A stretch of DNA of 64,000 bases from a virus. The notes under the pieces were generated by a model, which ran no database searches, was not told where the DNA came from, and saw only the letters and a program-made list of their open reading frames with translations. Location of the stretch: positions 6,738 to 70,737 of IMG/VR virus record IMGVR_UViG_3300030328_003618. One strand, 5' to 3'. Every line of letters begins with the position of its first letter. The stretch's first letter is position 1. Made by a program: the position numbers and the translations under genes. Shown here in pieces: positions 56,601 to 64,000 of the stretch.

Positions 56601-57951
56601 TGTCATAAAAAAGAATAGCAAACCTATAAACTTCTCCACGAAAATAACCAGTATACAAATGTTCTACTTGAGTACCTTTGTAGTTAGCATAGTCATCATT
56701 AATAGTATAAGCCTCTATATCAGATTGATTTAATCTTTTTATAGTGTCAGTAGTCATTGTTGGTTGATTAGTCAACGGTGGCGATGTAGGTGCTAAACCA
56801 AGCGTATCGCTAATCATACCTCTAAACTTAGGAGTTATAGTAAGACCAGATAACACATTTTCTATTTCTTCAGAAGTAATTTCTAATATGTTTTCATTAA
56901 TGTTTCCGTAATACAGAACACTATCTTTAATATCTAAAGTTTTTGCTGCTCCAATACCTTGAAACCTCTCTGCTATTGTAGCAGTTATTAATGGCTCACC
57001 ATCGTTATTTAAATGGTCAAACGTAGCACTATCAACACCTACTGTTTTATCTATTGCTGTTTCTATAAATATATTGGATGAATCTACAACAGAATTTGTT
57101 TTTGAATATAAATAAGCTACTTGTATTCTATCATATCTTTGGTCTATACCTTTTACTTCTATTTGATTTCCTTTTGGAGTGTCTATACCACTACCCTCCA
57201 TTTCATAGGCGTTCCAATTGCTACTGTTAACTTCATCGGAAGTAACAAATATTTTTTTAGTTGGTGTAGTCCAAGGTGTAGAATAACCACTATTAGTTAA
57301 AAGTCTATATGTATATTGATAAACGCCAGATAGCAATCCTCCATTAATAGTTTTTACAAACTTAATTATACCTATGTTAAAGTCAGCTTGACTATTCATA
57401 TCATGAACTGTAGCCGTAACTGCCGAATATGCGTTTACATTATTTTTTTCTCCTATAGATTCGTTAAATTCAAAAGTAAAAACTCTTGGTCTATTACTAT
57501 CAGTCTCTACCCCATCTACCCAATAAACCCTAATAGTTTTATTGTTTTCATATAAGAATCTAGCACATATTTGATTTGTTTTTTTAAAATTTAACTTTTC
57601 TGTTTGATTAGTGTCGTTAAATAAAGTTTTATACGTACCATTTCCTTCTGAATCAGTTCCTAATATTCCTATTTCAGATAATGTTTCATCAACTCTAACA
57701 GAGAAAATAATTTTAATATTTCCATCGCCAGTATATCCAATAGGAATGTATCTATTTGCGTCAGCACCATCATTACCGTCTAATGTAAAAGAAACTGTAT
57801 TACCGTTGTCTTCTACCCAATCAAGAGTACCACGTTTGTTAAACATCAACTTACCATTAATGTTGTCAATCATAGATTGAGAAGAAACATTAGTCGGGTC
57901 GTAATCTCTGTTTAATCCTTTGCTAAATATATTTTTACTTATCTCCCCCAT
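53647..57951 (-). CDS. tail stabilization/muzzle protein (P22 gp10-like)
   Basis: 1434 aa; FSKGLNRD start, GVYQYTYRL, GYFRGEVYRFAI, YGGDCY, RMRGRW end. Confidence 0.8.
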   Translation of the reverse strand: MGEISKNIFSKGLNRDYDPTNVSSQSMIDNINGKLMFNKRGTLDWVEDNGNTVSFTLDGNDGADANRYIPIGYTGDGNIKIIFSVRVDETLSEIGILGTDSEGNGTYKTLFNDTNQTEKLNFKKTNQICARFLYENNKTIRVYWVDGVETDSNRPRVFTFEFNESIGEKNNVNAYSAVTATVHDMNSQADFNIGIIKFVKTINGGLLSGVYQYTYRLLTNSGYSTPWTTPTKKIFVTSDEVNSSNWNAYEMEGSGIDTPKGNQIEVKGIDQRYDRIQVAYLYSKTNSVVDSSNIFIETAIDKTVGVDSATFDHLNNDGEPLITATIAERFQGIGAAKTLDIKDSVLYYGNINENILEITSEEIENVLSGLTITPKFRGMISDTLGLAPTSPPLTNQPTMTTDTIKRLNQSDIEAYTINDDYANYKGTQVEHLYTGYFRGEVYRFAILFYDKIGNPYFAFHLADFQFPEQHDTDYNWRRLKLDGTVVNGSGSLSYPASTTNDYYNANLNVTSILNNNTYNNTNYCQLRIMGIEVGGINITGIKDKISGFSIVRTDRHKTILHQGFVLPVVNNVAIGGESRPHPVGHQRYDNTTGVTNGLLYGCSYSNNGNDKYKTRPNQTILHAPDNDFDPTTIPTVQSSDRLKIVGSCYVGGSISNNGSYYNNAAQTYSNGTNNVNSPCVISKWYRSYNTSHDSITSNIRPQYGNYATISYQLNIAKGQTIPDYETGLTFKNLVFFKTPAYADSEENFGNTNDEYYGSAKNSIFYKHGNWLPNNATSSCFAYDGTNNSTFAHNTQAGALICNYTRNNQNQLPNNAYGGLTQSSLEQTVFYSTGHFQPVNNITFGTPNNDTYNQIEVYGGDCYLDFVGFLRVYGRINGNNYNTDVSYGVVFPLESVNNYSLRQAASILNPMYTDVGARPGRTQDGQDNAFPNGLFDNSNGSLIEEFNYNDVLTFSELTSFFASVPIGFQNINQYPVRWRHTKNKFYGDTIDTWRSFEVNSFEDLMGVHGPITSSTFLFNQIYSLQEKAFGRLRAFDRAALESETTQSLTTGVGPALDGIDYISTSVGNQNQWSLVNTGKAFYWIDVFNGKAMRFAQDGLNYLSDQRGMHSFFERESKYFLNKDNPAFGEGISGAWNSKDRDVLWTFNRDEYISTGANLVVTSDIIDSVNHYSNNETVFVHWTGASTVNNGIILPVEANTVGNNYNVLQYVSLKTGSNLMFVNQVKNNVVTPLAQIGAGQNYLFYRNSSSDDWSYTLLADKSKITPFRATVVYSEYIQSFTQFHSFKPNFYISHNKFLITEQADVVSKQFFVHGKNLLHANYYGQNWKTSLRVTVSDNGEFAKIFDSVRLAVNKQGSEKLNNFIFSTEEQKRFYDVNQDGRVRFLEDNLRLPVRTETQPDRMRGRWLSMIFEFSNNTEYPIKIDNLINHYRLSNRK

Positions 57952-58670
57952 TAAAAGTATTTCTTATTAGGTAATGGTAATAATTGATTGAACATATTTG
58001 CAAGATATTCTAACTTTGCTGGACTAGGCATTTCATCATCTCCCCTAGCTTGAGCGCATAAGTAATACCATCTTGATTCTAGTTCTTTGTAAACATGATG
58101 TTGAACTTTGCCAGCGTAATAATCAATAGACTTACATTTCCACATAAGATAATGAGATACAGCAAGTTCATGACTTTTTGCTATTAAAGGAAACCCTTCA
58201 TCATCTATAGATATACCCTCATAGCTAATACCTATCTCCGTAACATCTTTACTGTTTACATATATGTATCTGTTTTTTAAAGTAAATATAAGATTATACG
58301 TACTACCTATGTTTTCTTGCCTTGTGTTGGCGTTATTTAACATAGTTGCAGATATACTAGCCAAGTGAACAGAACCTCCGTTAGAAGAACTCTTATCGAA
58401 CATTGCAAAGTTTTTATCACTAAACTCTACTTCTAAATTGTTATACTTTAATCCACTAAGAGTAATTAAATCGTCTGGCAGACAAGCCTTCATGTTTTTT
58501 ACAGATAGCAAACATTCTTTATGAGTGTATGAGTTGTCTGTTCCAATTAAGTTTTCAGCTTCAACAGACCATCTTGCGAAATCGTCTATATACTGATTAA
58601 CGTTTTTTAATCCTAAATTACCAGCTACATCACCAATAATTCTTCTTATAGAAATTTTTTCGCTATTCAT
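57951..58670 (-). CDS. tail ring (tubular) protein
   Basis: ACLPDDL...ISYEGISIDDEGFPLI motif. Confidence 0.7.
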   Translation of the reverse strand: MNSEKISIRRIIGDVAGNLGLKNVNQYIDDFARWSVEAENLIGTDNSYTHKECLLSVKNMKACLPDDLITLSGLKYNNLEVEFSDKNFAMFDKSSSNGGSVHLASISATMLNNANTRQENIGSTYNLIFTLKNRYIYVNSKDVTEIGISYEGISIDDEGFPLIAKSHELAVSHYLMWKCKSIDYYAGKVQHHVYKELESRWYYLCAQARGDDEMPSPAKLEYLANMFNQLLPLPNKKYF

Positions 58671-58678
58671 ATTTTTTG

Positions 58679-59122
58679 CTATTCTGTAAAATCAGCATAC
58701 TCAAAACCTCTATTGACTTGTTTCATCATTCTTTTAGTCTGAGTAGGACTTAACTTTACGTTAATATTTTTCCATTTGTCAGGTCTAAACCAATATAACT
58801 CATGCCAATATCCTTTTGTGTAAAAATCATCAACATCTTCTGGTTTGTAATATCGTTGCTTTTTGTTGTTTTTCTTTTTAATAATTCTTAAACCTCCAAA
58901 CTTATTAGGCAAAGTATATTCAAACCCTCTCATTATATAGTCTACAATAAAACCCAAATAAGGTTTTACTACACTTCTAAACTCTCTAAACGTAATAGTA
59001 CGTTTATTTAAATATGGTCTTTTAGCAAGTTCTCTTTCTATCTCTTTAATAGCTTCTTCGTATACACCAATAAGTGTTATACGATTTTGTCTATCCAATC
59101 TTTTGATTGTCTTTTCTTGCAT
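58679..59122 (-). CDS. IHF/HU-like protein
   Basis: GFEYTLPNKFGGLRIIKK; position as in crAss-like tail modules. Confidence 0.55.
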   Translation of the reverse strand: MQEKTIKRLDRQNRITLIGVYEEAIKEIERELAKRPYLNKRTITFREFRSVVKPYLGFIVDYIMRGFEYTLPNKFGGLRIIKKKNNKKQRYYKPEDVDDFYTKGYWHELYWFRPDKWKNINVKLSPTQTKRMMKQVNRGFEYADFTE

Positions 59123-59789
59123 TGTTTAATTCGTCGTTTACAGCCGCTTCATTCCATTGTAATTCTTTCTGTAATATATTTGAAAGAACATAAACGTAAA
59201 GATTAAGAGGTAAAGGATATTCGCTTGTAGCGTCATTAAAACAAGCTGGCTTACAGCCTGCTACTGCATACTGGTCTACCTTTGTTGGGTCTTCAAATAC
59301 ACCTCTAATGTTTACGTATTCTAATTCAGAATCTCTATCGTTTAATTGGAAATACATATTATCTCCAATCATAGAAACTCTTGACATCATTGTTCCAAAT
59401 TGAGTAGCAGATTTAAAATATGATACATCGGCATTACCCAATATAAACGGTTCTCTTTTATCAATCTTACCGACAAATACTATTGCTCTGTCTTTAGGAA
59501 AATCTACAAATTTAGGTACAACTACTTTTTTTATTTTACAACCCCATTGTACCGTAGGACAATCAGAATCAGTAGCGTCTACTTCTACTAATGGAACAAC
59601 ACCTAAGTCTTGAACCATTTGTGGATGTATTTCTTTTCCGTAATTAGTAGTTTGTAATATTCCTTCAGAACGATAATATCTTATCCAGAATTTAATTTGA
59701 GAAATAGTTAAGCGATCATCATCAGAATTACCTTGACCACTTCTGGCTATATTTCTAATATTGTATGCTAATTCATTTAATGTTGCCAT
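59091..59789 (-). CDS. tail ring protein
   Basis: MATLNELAYNI...IRGVFEDP...EYPLP. Confidence 0.7.
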   Translation of the reverse strand: MATLNELAYNIRNIARSGQGNSDDDRLTISQIKFWIRYYRSEGILQTTNYGKEIHPQMVQDLGVVPLVEVDATDSDCPTVQWGCKIKKVVVPKFVDFPKDRAIVFVGKIDKREPFILGNADVSYFKSATQFGTMMSRVSMIGDNMYFQLNDRDSELEYVNIRGVFEDPTKVDQYAVAGCKPACFNDATSEYPLPLNLYVYVLSNILQKELQWNEAAVNDELNNARKDNQKIG

Positions 59790-59804
59790 ACTTTCAAATT
59801 TAAT

Positions 59805-59839
59805 AAAAAAAAGCTCGCTAAAAACTGCGAGCTTTTTTT
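59805..59839 (-). terminator. Rho-independent terminator after the capsid operon
   Basis: A8-gctcgc/gcgagc-T7, bidirectional form. Confidence 0.75.
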
Positions 59840-59873
59840 AAATTACTATCGAGTTGTTCTTTAAAAGCTACTC

Positions 59874-60575
59874 TTAAATTGCATCAATAATTGTCTGCAA
59901 ATCTGATTGATAGTTAGCAGCACTTGCAAAAATCTTCAAGTGAGTAGCAACTTCTCCTTTTGAATCAATAAAAGGTTGTGCAACTTGAATGTTGTAAGGT
60001 ACTAATACAGTAGCGTAATTTGCCGCAACAATTTTATCTGCAGGAATACCAGCATCAGCTAAATCTGAAGGTTGACCTTCTGAAATAGTAGTTTGAGAAA
60101 TAACACTTCCTATTGCTCCACTATCTGAAGATGTTGCGTAAACAAATACTTCTAAACCATGTGAGTCATCACCAACTTGAGTAACAGTTACAACACCAGC
60201 AACATTACCAACTGATGCAAATGGATAATCAATAAGCCCTGCGTCTATTTCTCTTTGAATCTTTGAAACTAAAGACGCTGCTATATTTGTAACAGTTGTT
60301 GCTCCCGCCACAACATCAACAGTATAAGTTTTTCTAAACTTTTGTCTTGATGTAAGGTTAGAAGATATTGTTACTTTAGCTTGGTCTCCTGCTGCATAAG
60401 TTCCTGAAAAAGTTATTGCTACTGAACCTGCTGAACCTCCATTTTGTGCAATATTAATTGATGTTGCATTTGCTAATGCAGCTTCTGGAACTACAAAGTC
60501 AGGAGCTAATGTTACTAATCCCCCACTTGCCGAAGGAGAACCTTCTGTTACGATTGCGATTGTTTTTCTTGCCAT
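59874..60575 (-). CDS. putative auxiliary capsid or structural protein
   Basis: A/G/S/T/V-rich; precedes the terminator. Confidence 0.55.
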   Translation of the reverse strand: MARKTIAIVTEGSPSASGGLVTLAPDFVVPEAALANATSINIAQNGGSAGSVAITFSGTYAAGDQAKVTISSNLTSRQKFRKTYTVDVVAGATTVTNIAASLVSKIQREIDAGLIDYPFASVGNVAGVVTVTQVGDDSHGLEVFVYATSSDSGAIGSVISQTTISEGQPSDLADAGIPADKIVAANYATVLVPYNIQVAQPFIDSKGEVATHLKIFASAANYQSDLQTIIDAI

Positions 60576-60590
60576 CTTAATGAATTTTAA

Positions 60591-60842
60591 TTATTGTTTT
60601 TTAAATAAAAATGAATTGAATTTTTTAGGTTTCCCTCTATGGAAAACTGGCTTTGAACTAACCTCTTCTTTTTTAACGGGTTCGTTCTTTATTTCTTTTT
60701 TTGCTTCATGGTATGCTAAGGTCAAAGAATCTAAAGAACCTTTGATTTTTCCTTTACTGGCACCTGATTGATACTTAGGATAATCAAGACCTTCTTTTTC
60801 AAATGCCTTTTGCGCTTCTTCTTTTGACTTAAACTTTTCCAT
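60591..60842 (-). CDS. basic hypothetical protein
   Basis: Packed ORF. Confidence 0.55.
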   Translation of the reverse strand: MEKFKSKEEAQKAFEKEGLDYPKYQSGASKGKIKGSLDSLTLAYHEAKKEIKNEPVKKEEVSSKPVFHRGKPKKFNSFLFKKQ

Positions 60843-60847
60843 AACTT

Positions 60848-61492
60848 TTATCTTTTATTTTCATTTTCACTTGCAATCTCATTAGCTTGCATTTGGTATT
60901 GAATTTGACTTTCAACAGTACCCAACATTTTTCTAACTGCTAAATTAACAACCTCTTCGTGTACGCTATCAGGCAACTCACAATCTACAATTGGAGCTGA
61001 TGAAGCATCTACATCAACTGGTGTTTTTAAATATACCAAAGTAACATTAGTAGGTGTAGTATCGCTTAATATTTTTAATACGTTACCAGTTCCAACTATG
61101 TTTTCTTGTACGTAACCTAAATTAGTATCACTATTCTTGTTGAATGGATCATTTTGATTTCCAGCTTCATCATCCCATTGTACGGGAGATATTTTTCTAG
61201 AAACTAAATTACCACAACTGTCTGGTGTAGTACCTTTTAAGGCTAACGTATATCTAAAATCAGTTATTGCTGTTAAATCAACTTGTGCAACCGAACCTAA
61301 ATTAGTAGTTCTAACTATTGTATTTAACTTTGCACGAGCCTCTTCATTTTTTTCAAACTCTCGATAATTAACATCAACAATTTGCTTAATGGCAAGGTTT
61401 ATAAACATATCCTTTTCCTCCGAGGTAAACCAAGGAGCATTTGCTTTATCAATAAGCAAATCGGCTAGTTTGTGCATTTCAGTAATAGTCAT
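60848..61492 (-). CDS. ring or head-tail connector protein
   Basis: E.D.FIN.A...NDPFNK...YLKTP...CELPDSVHEEVV.LAV. Confidence 0.75.
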   Translation of the reverse strand: MTITEMHKLADLLIDKANAPWFTSEEKDMFINLAIKQIVDVNYREFEKNEEARAKLNTIVRTTNLGSVAQVDLTAITDFRYTLALKGTTPDSCGNLVSRKISPVQWDDEAGNQNDPFNKNSDTNLGYVQENIVGTGNVLKILSDTTPTNVTLVYLKTPVDVDASSAPIVDCELPDSVHEEVVNLAVRKMLGTVESQIQYQMQANEIASENENKR

Positions 61493-62218
61493 TTAATCTA
61501 CCGCTTTTTCTAATTCGTTTGCAATGTCTTTATTGTTTTTCAAAAATGTAACAGCACCATCAAATGTAGTACCCATGTTTACAGAACCAAACATCATTCG
61601 ATTCAATGAGTCAATTACAGTCTTTTGAGCTATCGCATTTCTTAAAAGGACTTTGATAGGATAGTCTGGTGAATTGTATTCCTCTAACAACAGTTCTGCA
61701 TTGCTTTTACGCTTTGTGCTATCATAGTTGTCTATAAACTCATACAACTCTCTTTTAATAACATTAAAACTACTTCTAGGTCTAATGTTTATATTCAGAA
61801 CTCTTACCAAAGAAATCAATTCTTTATCAGACGACTTGGAAACTATTGTTTCAGCTTTATTTTTAAACTCACGTTTGCTAATAAAATCAATAGCACCTTC
61901 TTCTAAATTAACTAATTTAATTATAGGTCTTGAACTATTAACGTAATGAGGATGATGAATTAACTGACCATATAATAGTCTATCGTTTTCATTCTCAAGC
62001 CTTAACATTTTTTTCCTAGTAATCTTCTCTATTCTTTCAGAGCCATTTGAATCAACAAATGGTCGCCAAGTATGATTACCAAAATCGTCTATAGAATTAA
62101 AACCTCTTACGGTAATAGTTCCAGTACGCTTAGGGTTAACTAAGCGTACCTCAACTATTCCTGATATGGGTAATCCTTTTGTCAAATTCTTTATTTCTGC
62201 TTTTGCTAACTTTTCCAT
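61493..62218 (-). CDS. conserved protein downstream of MCP
   Basis: 241 aa; MGTTFDGAVTFLKN; crAss-like synteny. Confidence 0.6.
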   Translation of the reverse strand: MEKLAKAEIKNLTKGLPISGIVEVRLVNPKRTGTITVRGFNSIDDFGNHTWRPFVDSNGSERIEKITRKKMLRLENENDRLLYGQLIHHPHYVNSSRPIIKLVNLEEGAIDFISKREFKNKAETIVSKSSDKELISLVRVLNINIRPRSSFNVIKRELYEFIDNYDSTKRKSNAELLLEEYNSPDYPIKVLLRNAIAQKTVIDSLNRMMFGSVNMGTTFDGAVTFLKNNKDIANELEKAVD

Positions 62219-62244
62219 TTTCCTTTTCCTTTATCTTTAGATTT

Positions 62245-63615
62245 CTATGCAAAAATTAATTGTCCACAAGATAGTGGGTTTCTAACTACCATACCTGATT
62301 CTGAAAGTACTTCCATAGAGAAACTATCTCTAGAAGATACAGCCATCATTTGCGACTGATTGAACGGGTCAACCATTCCAGGTAAATACTTGATAATCAT
62401 TGAACGATTGATACCACCAGCACCTTTAACTTTTCTTTCGATGTTTGCAACACCATCAGTTTGTCCAAAGTTTAAGAATACCATTCTGAATGACTCTTTC
62501 AAGTAACCAGAAGCAGGGTCAATGTCAGTATGTAAGTTAGGATCATCAAAGATAGGACAGTGAGCAAGTGTAAGTCTACTTCCTAACGCATTGTACGTTG
62601 TAAAGTTAACTCCAATCTCTGTTTCTGCTCCTACTTTTGCATCATAGATTAAGTTTCCTGAAGGATATACTAAATCTTTCATTGCTTTATGGAAAGCTAC
62701 TTTACCAGCAGTACCAGTGTAAACAATCCAATGAGAATTAGTTTCTCCTGTGTTAAGAGATAATTGAGCCAAGAAGTCAGTAATTCTTTCTTCTGTTAAA
62801 GTTCCGTTGTAAGTATCAACGTTAGCAGCATCAATCTGTCTTAAAATACCATCACCAGCAACAATAGGTTTTCCGTTGTTATCAAAAACTTTAGCGTTTC
62901 CGTTAGCATCCATTGTTGATTGGTCATACCAGTCAGAAATTTCTCTTTCATACAAGAAATCTTCTTCCATGATTTTTTGCTCTGTAAAGAACCAAAGTCT
63001 TTCTCCGTTGTTCTCTATCCACGTAATGTCAGTTAAAGCTGAACCTGTAATAGATTTTGCTTTTCTACTGACCTTCATGTAGTTTACATACCAGTCTGGG
63101 TATACAGAGTTTTCGTAACCTCTTTCAGAACCTTCTGTAAACGCTGAACCAGCACTGTTTACAGTTTTACCAGCAGTAAAGTTTGTGTTAGCAATAGTTG
63201 CAGTAGCATCATTAGTTTGAAGCTTTGCTGAAAAAGTAAAACCACCAGCACTTGCAGTAGCTTCTCCAATAACGATTGCTTGAGTTCCATCTTGGAATCT
63301 TACAATATCATTTGGGTTAATGTAGTTTTCTTCTACTTCAAAAGTAAATGGTGCGTTAGCAACTCCTGTTCCTGAATAAGTTCCAGTAAGAGTAGAAGGT
63401 CTGTTAGTACGACCTAAAACAGCCCACTTAAATGCGTTATCTCCGATAACTTCTTCTTTTGCAAAACGTGACGTACCATCTACAAAGTAATTCAAAGAAT
63501 ACTGTGGGTATTGTCTAATTAACGTTTTAGCGATTTCTGGATACTTTAGTAAGTTAGTTACCAAAGCATTTGACTGTACGGTATCTTTACCGTATGAACC
63601 TTTGTGAAATTTCAT
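62245..63615 (-). CDS. major capsid protein
   Basis: 456 aa; GSAFTEGSERG, GDGILRQI, YTGTAG, HCPIFDD, ESGMVVRNPLSCG. Confidence 0.85.
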   Translation of the reverse strand: MKFHKGSYGKDTVQSNALVTNLLKYPEIAKTLIRQYPQYSLNYFVDGTSRFAKEEVIGDNAFKWAVLGRTNRPSTLTGTYSGTGVANAPFTFEVEENYINPNDIVRFQDGTQAIVIGEATASAGGFTFSAKLQTNDATATIANTNFTAGKTVNSAGSAFTEGSERGYENSVYPDWYVNYMKVSRKAKSITGSALTDITWIENNGERLWFFTEQKIMEEDFLYEREISDWYDQSTMDANGNAKVFDNNGKPIVAGDGILRQIDAANVDTYNGTLTEERITDFLAQLSLNTGETNSHWIVYTGTAGKVAFHKAMKDLVYPSGNLIYDAKVGAETEIGVNFTTYNALGSRLTLAHCPIFDDPNLHTDIDPASGYLKESFRMVFLNFGQTDGVANIERKVKGAGGINRSMIIKYLPGMVDPFNQSQMMAVSSRDSFSMEVLSESGMVVRNPLSCGQLIFA

Positions 63616-63647
63616 TTGTCTATTTCTTTAATTAATAATTTTTGTTT

Positions 63648-64000
63648 TTATCCCATAAACTTGCCAGGGTTAAACTCTCCGCTACCTTTAGGGTCTGCAA
63701 ACGTTCTAGAGTTGGCGTTAGCATCAGGGTTTCCGATTTGGTCTAGAACATCTCTTCTACCACTGTTAAAGCCTTTTGTCTGCATTGCCTTTAGGATAAC
63801 ATCTTTGTTCGCCCATAACCAAGCACAATCTGCTAATGATTTTTCTGTTTGAGTAATATCTTGTAAGAATTTCCCGCTAACAATATACTCTTGATGGCTT
63901 TTACGAATTTCGTTTGCCTTTTCAGGAGTACTAGCTATTTTAAACCCAAACATTTTTTCTGTTGAATTTAAATAGTCATTAAGACTTTTAATAGACTCTT
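63648..64000 (-). CDS. scaffold-like protein upstream of MCP (5'-truncated by window edge)
   Basis: Frame stays open to the window end (…ESIKSLNDYLNSTEKMFG…). Confidence 0.55.
   Translation of the reverse strand, partial: ESIKSLNDYLNSTEKMFGFKIASTPEKANEIRKSHQEYIVSGKFLQDITQTEKSLADCAWLWANKDVILKAMQTKGFNSGRRDVLDQIGNPDANANSRTFADPKGSGEFNPGKFMG

Noticed and set aside
1-64000. Stop-codon reassignment as in some crAss-like phages
   Set aside because: Very long ORFs are intact under code 11 and genes pack tightly.
26100-64000. Short + strand ORFs in the track within the structural half (e.g. 28618-29106, 53265-53660)
   Set aside because: They are antisense shadows of long - strand genes with no supporting motifs.

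Overview
About 64 kb of an AT-rich lytic phage genome, most likely crAss-like (Crassvirales-type), infecting a Bacteroidota/Flavobacteria host. It uses the standard genetic code. The + strand (about 1.8-26 kb) carries early and middle genes. These include many small ORFs preceded by a repeated CCCnnTGTGYYTTG, often hairpin-forming, motif (about 17 copies) and two unexplained structured RNAs. It also holds an array of about 10 attC-like sites delimiting 9 integron-like gene cassettes (8.85-11.54 kb) with no integrase in the window. Next come a nitrogen-uptake operon (P-II, AmtB, outer-membrane beta-barrel), a PRTRC ubiquitin-like cassette (E, C, F, B/E2, ThiF/E1), DnaB and recombination genes. 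The - strand (about 26-64 kb) is the virion module: major capsid protein, ring and tail proteins, ejected cargo proteins including a 3472-aa putative virion RNA polymerase, tail fibres, endolysin and holin-like genes. The best candidate for an undescribed system is the cassette array. Each cassette's two ends are complementary to each other, and some ORFs start in one attC loop and are completed in frame by the next cassette. All family assignments come from motif recognition by eye; no searches were run.
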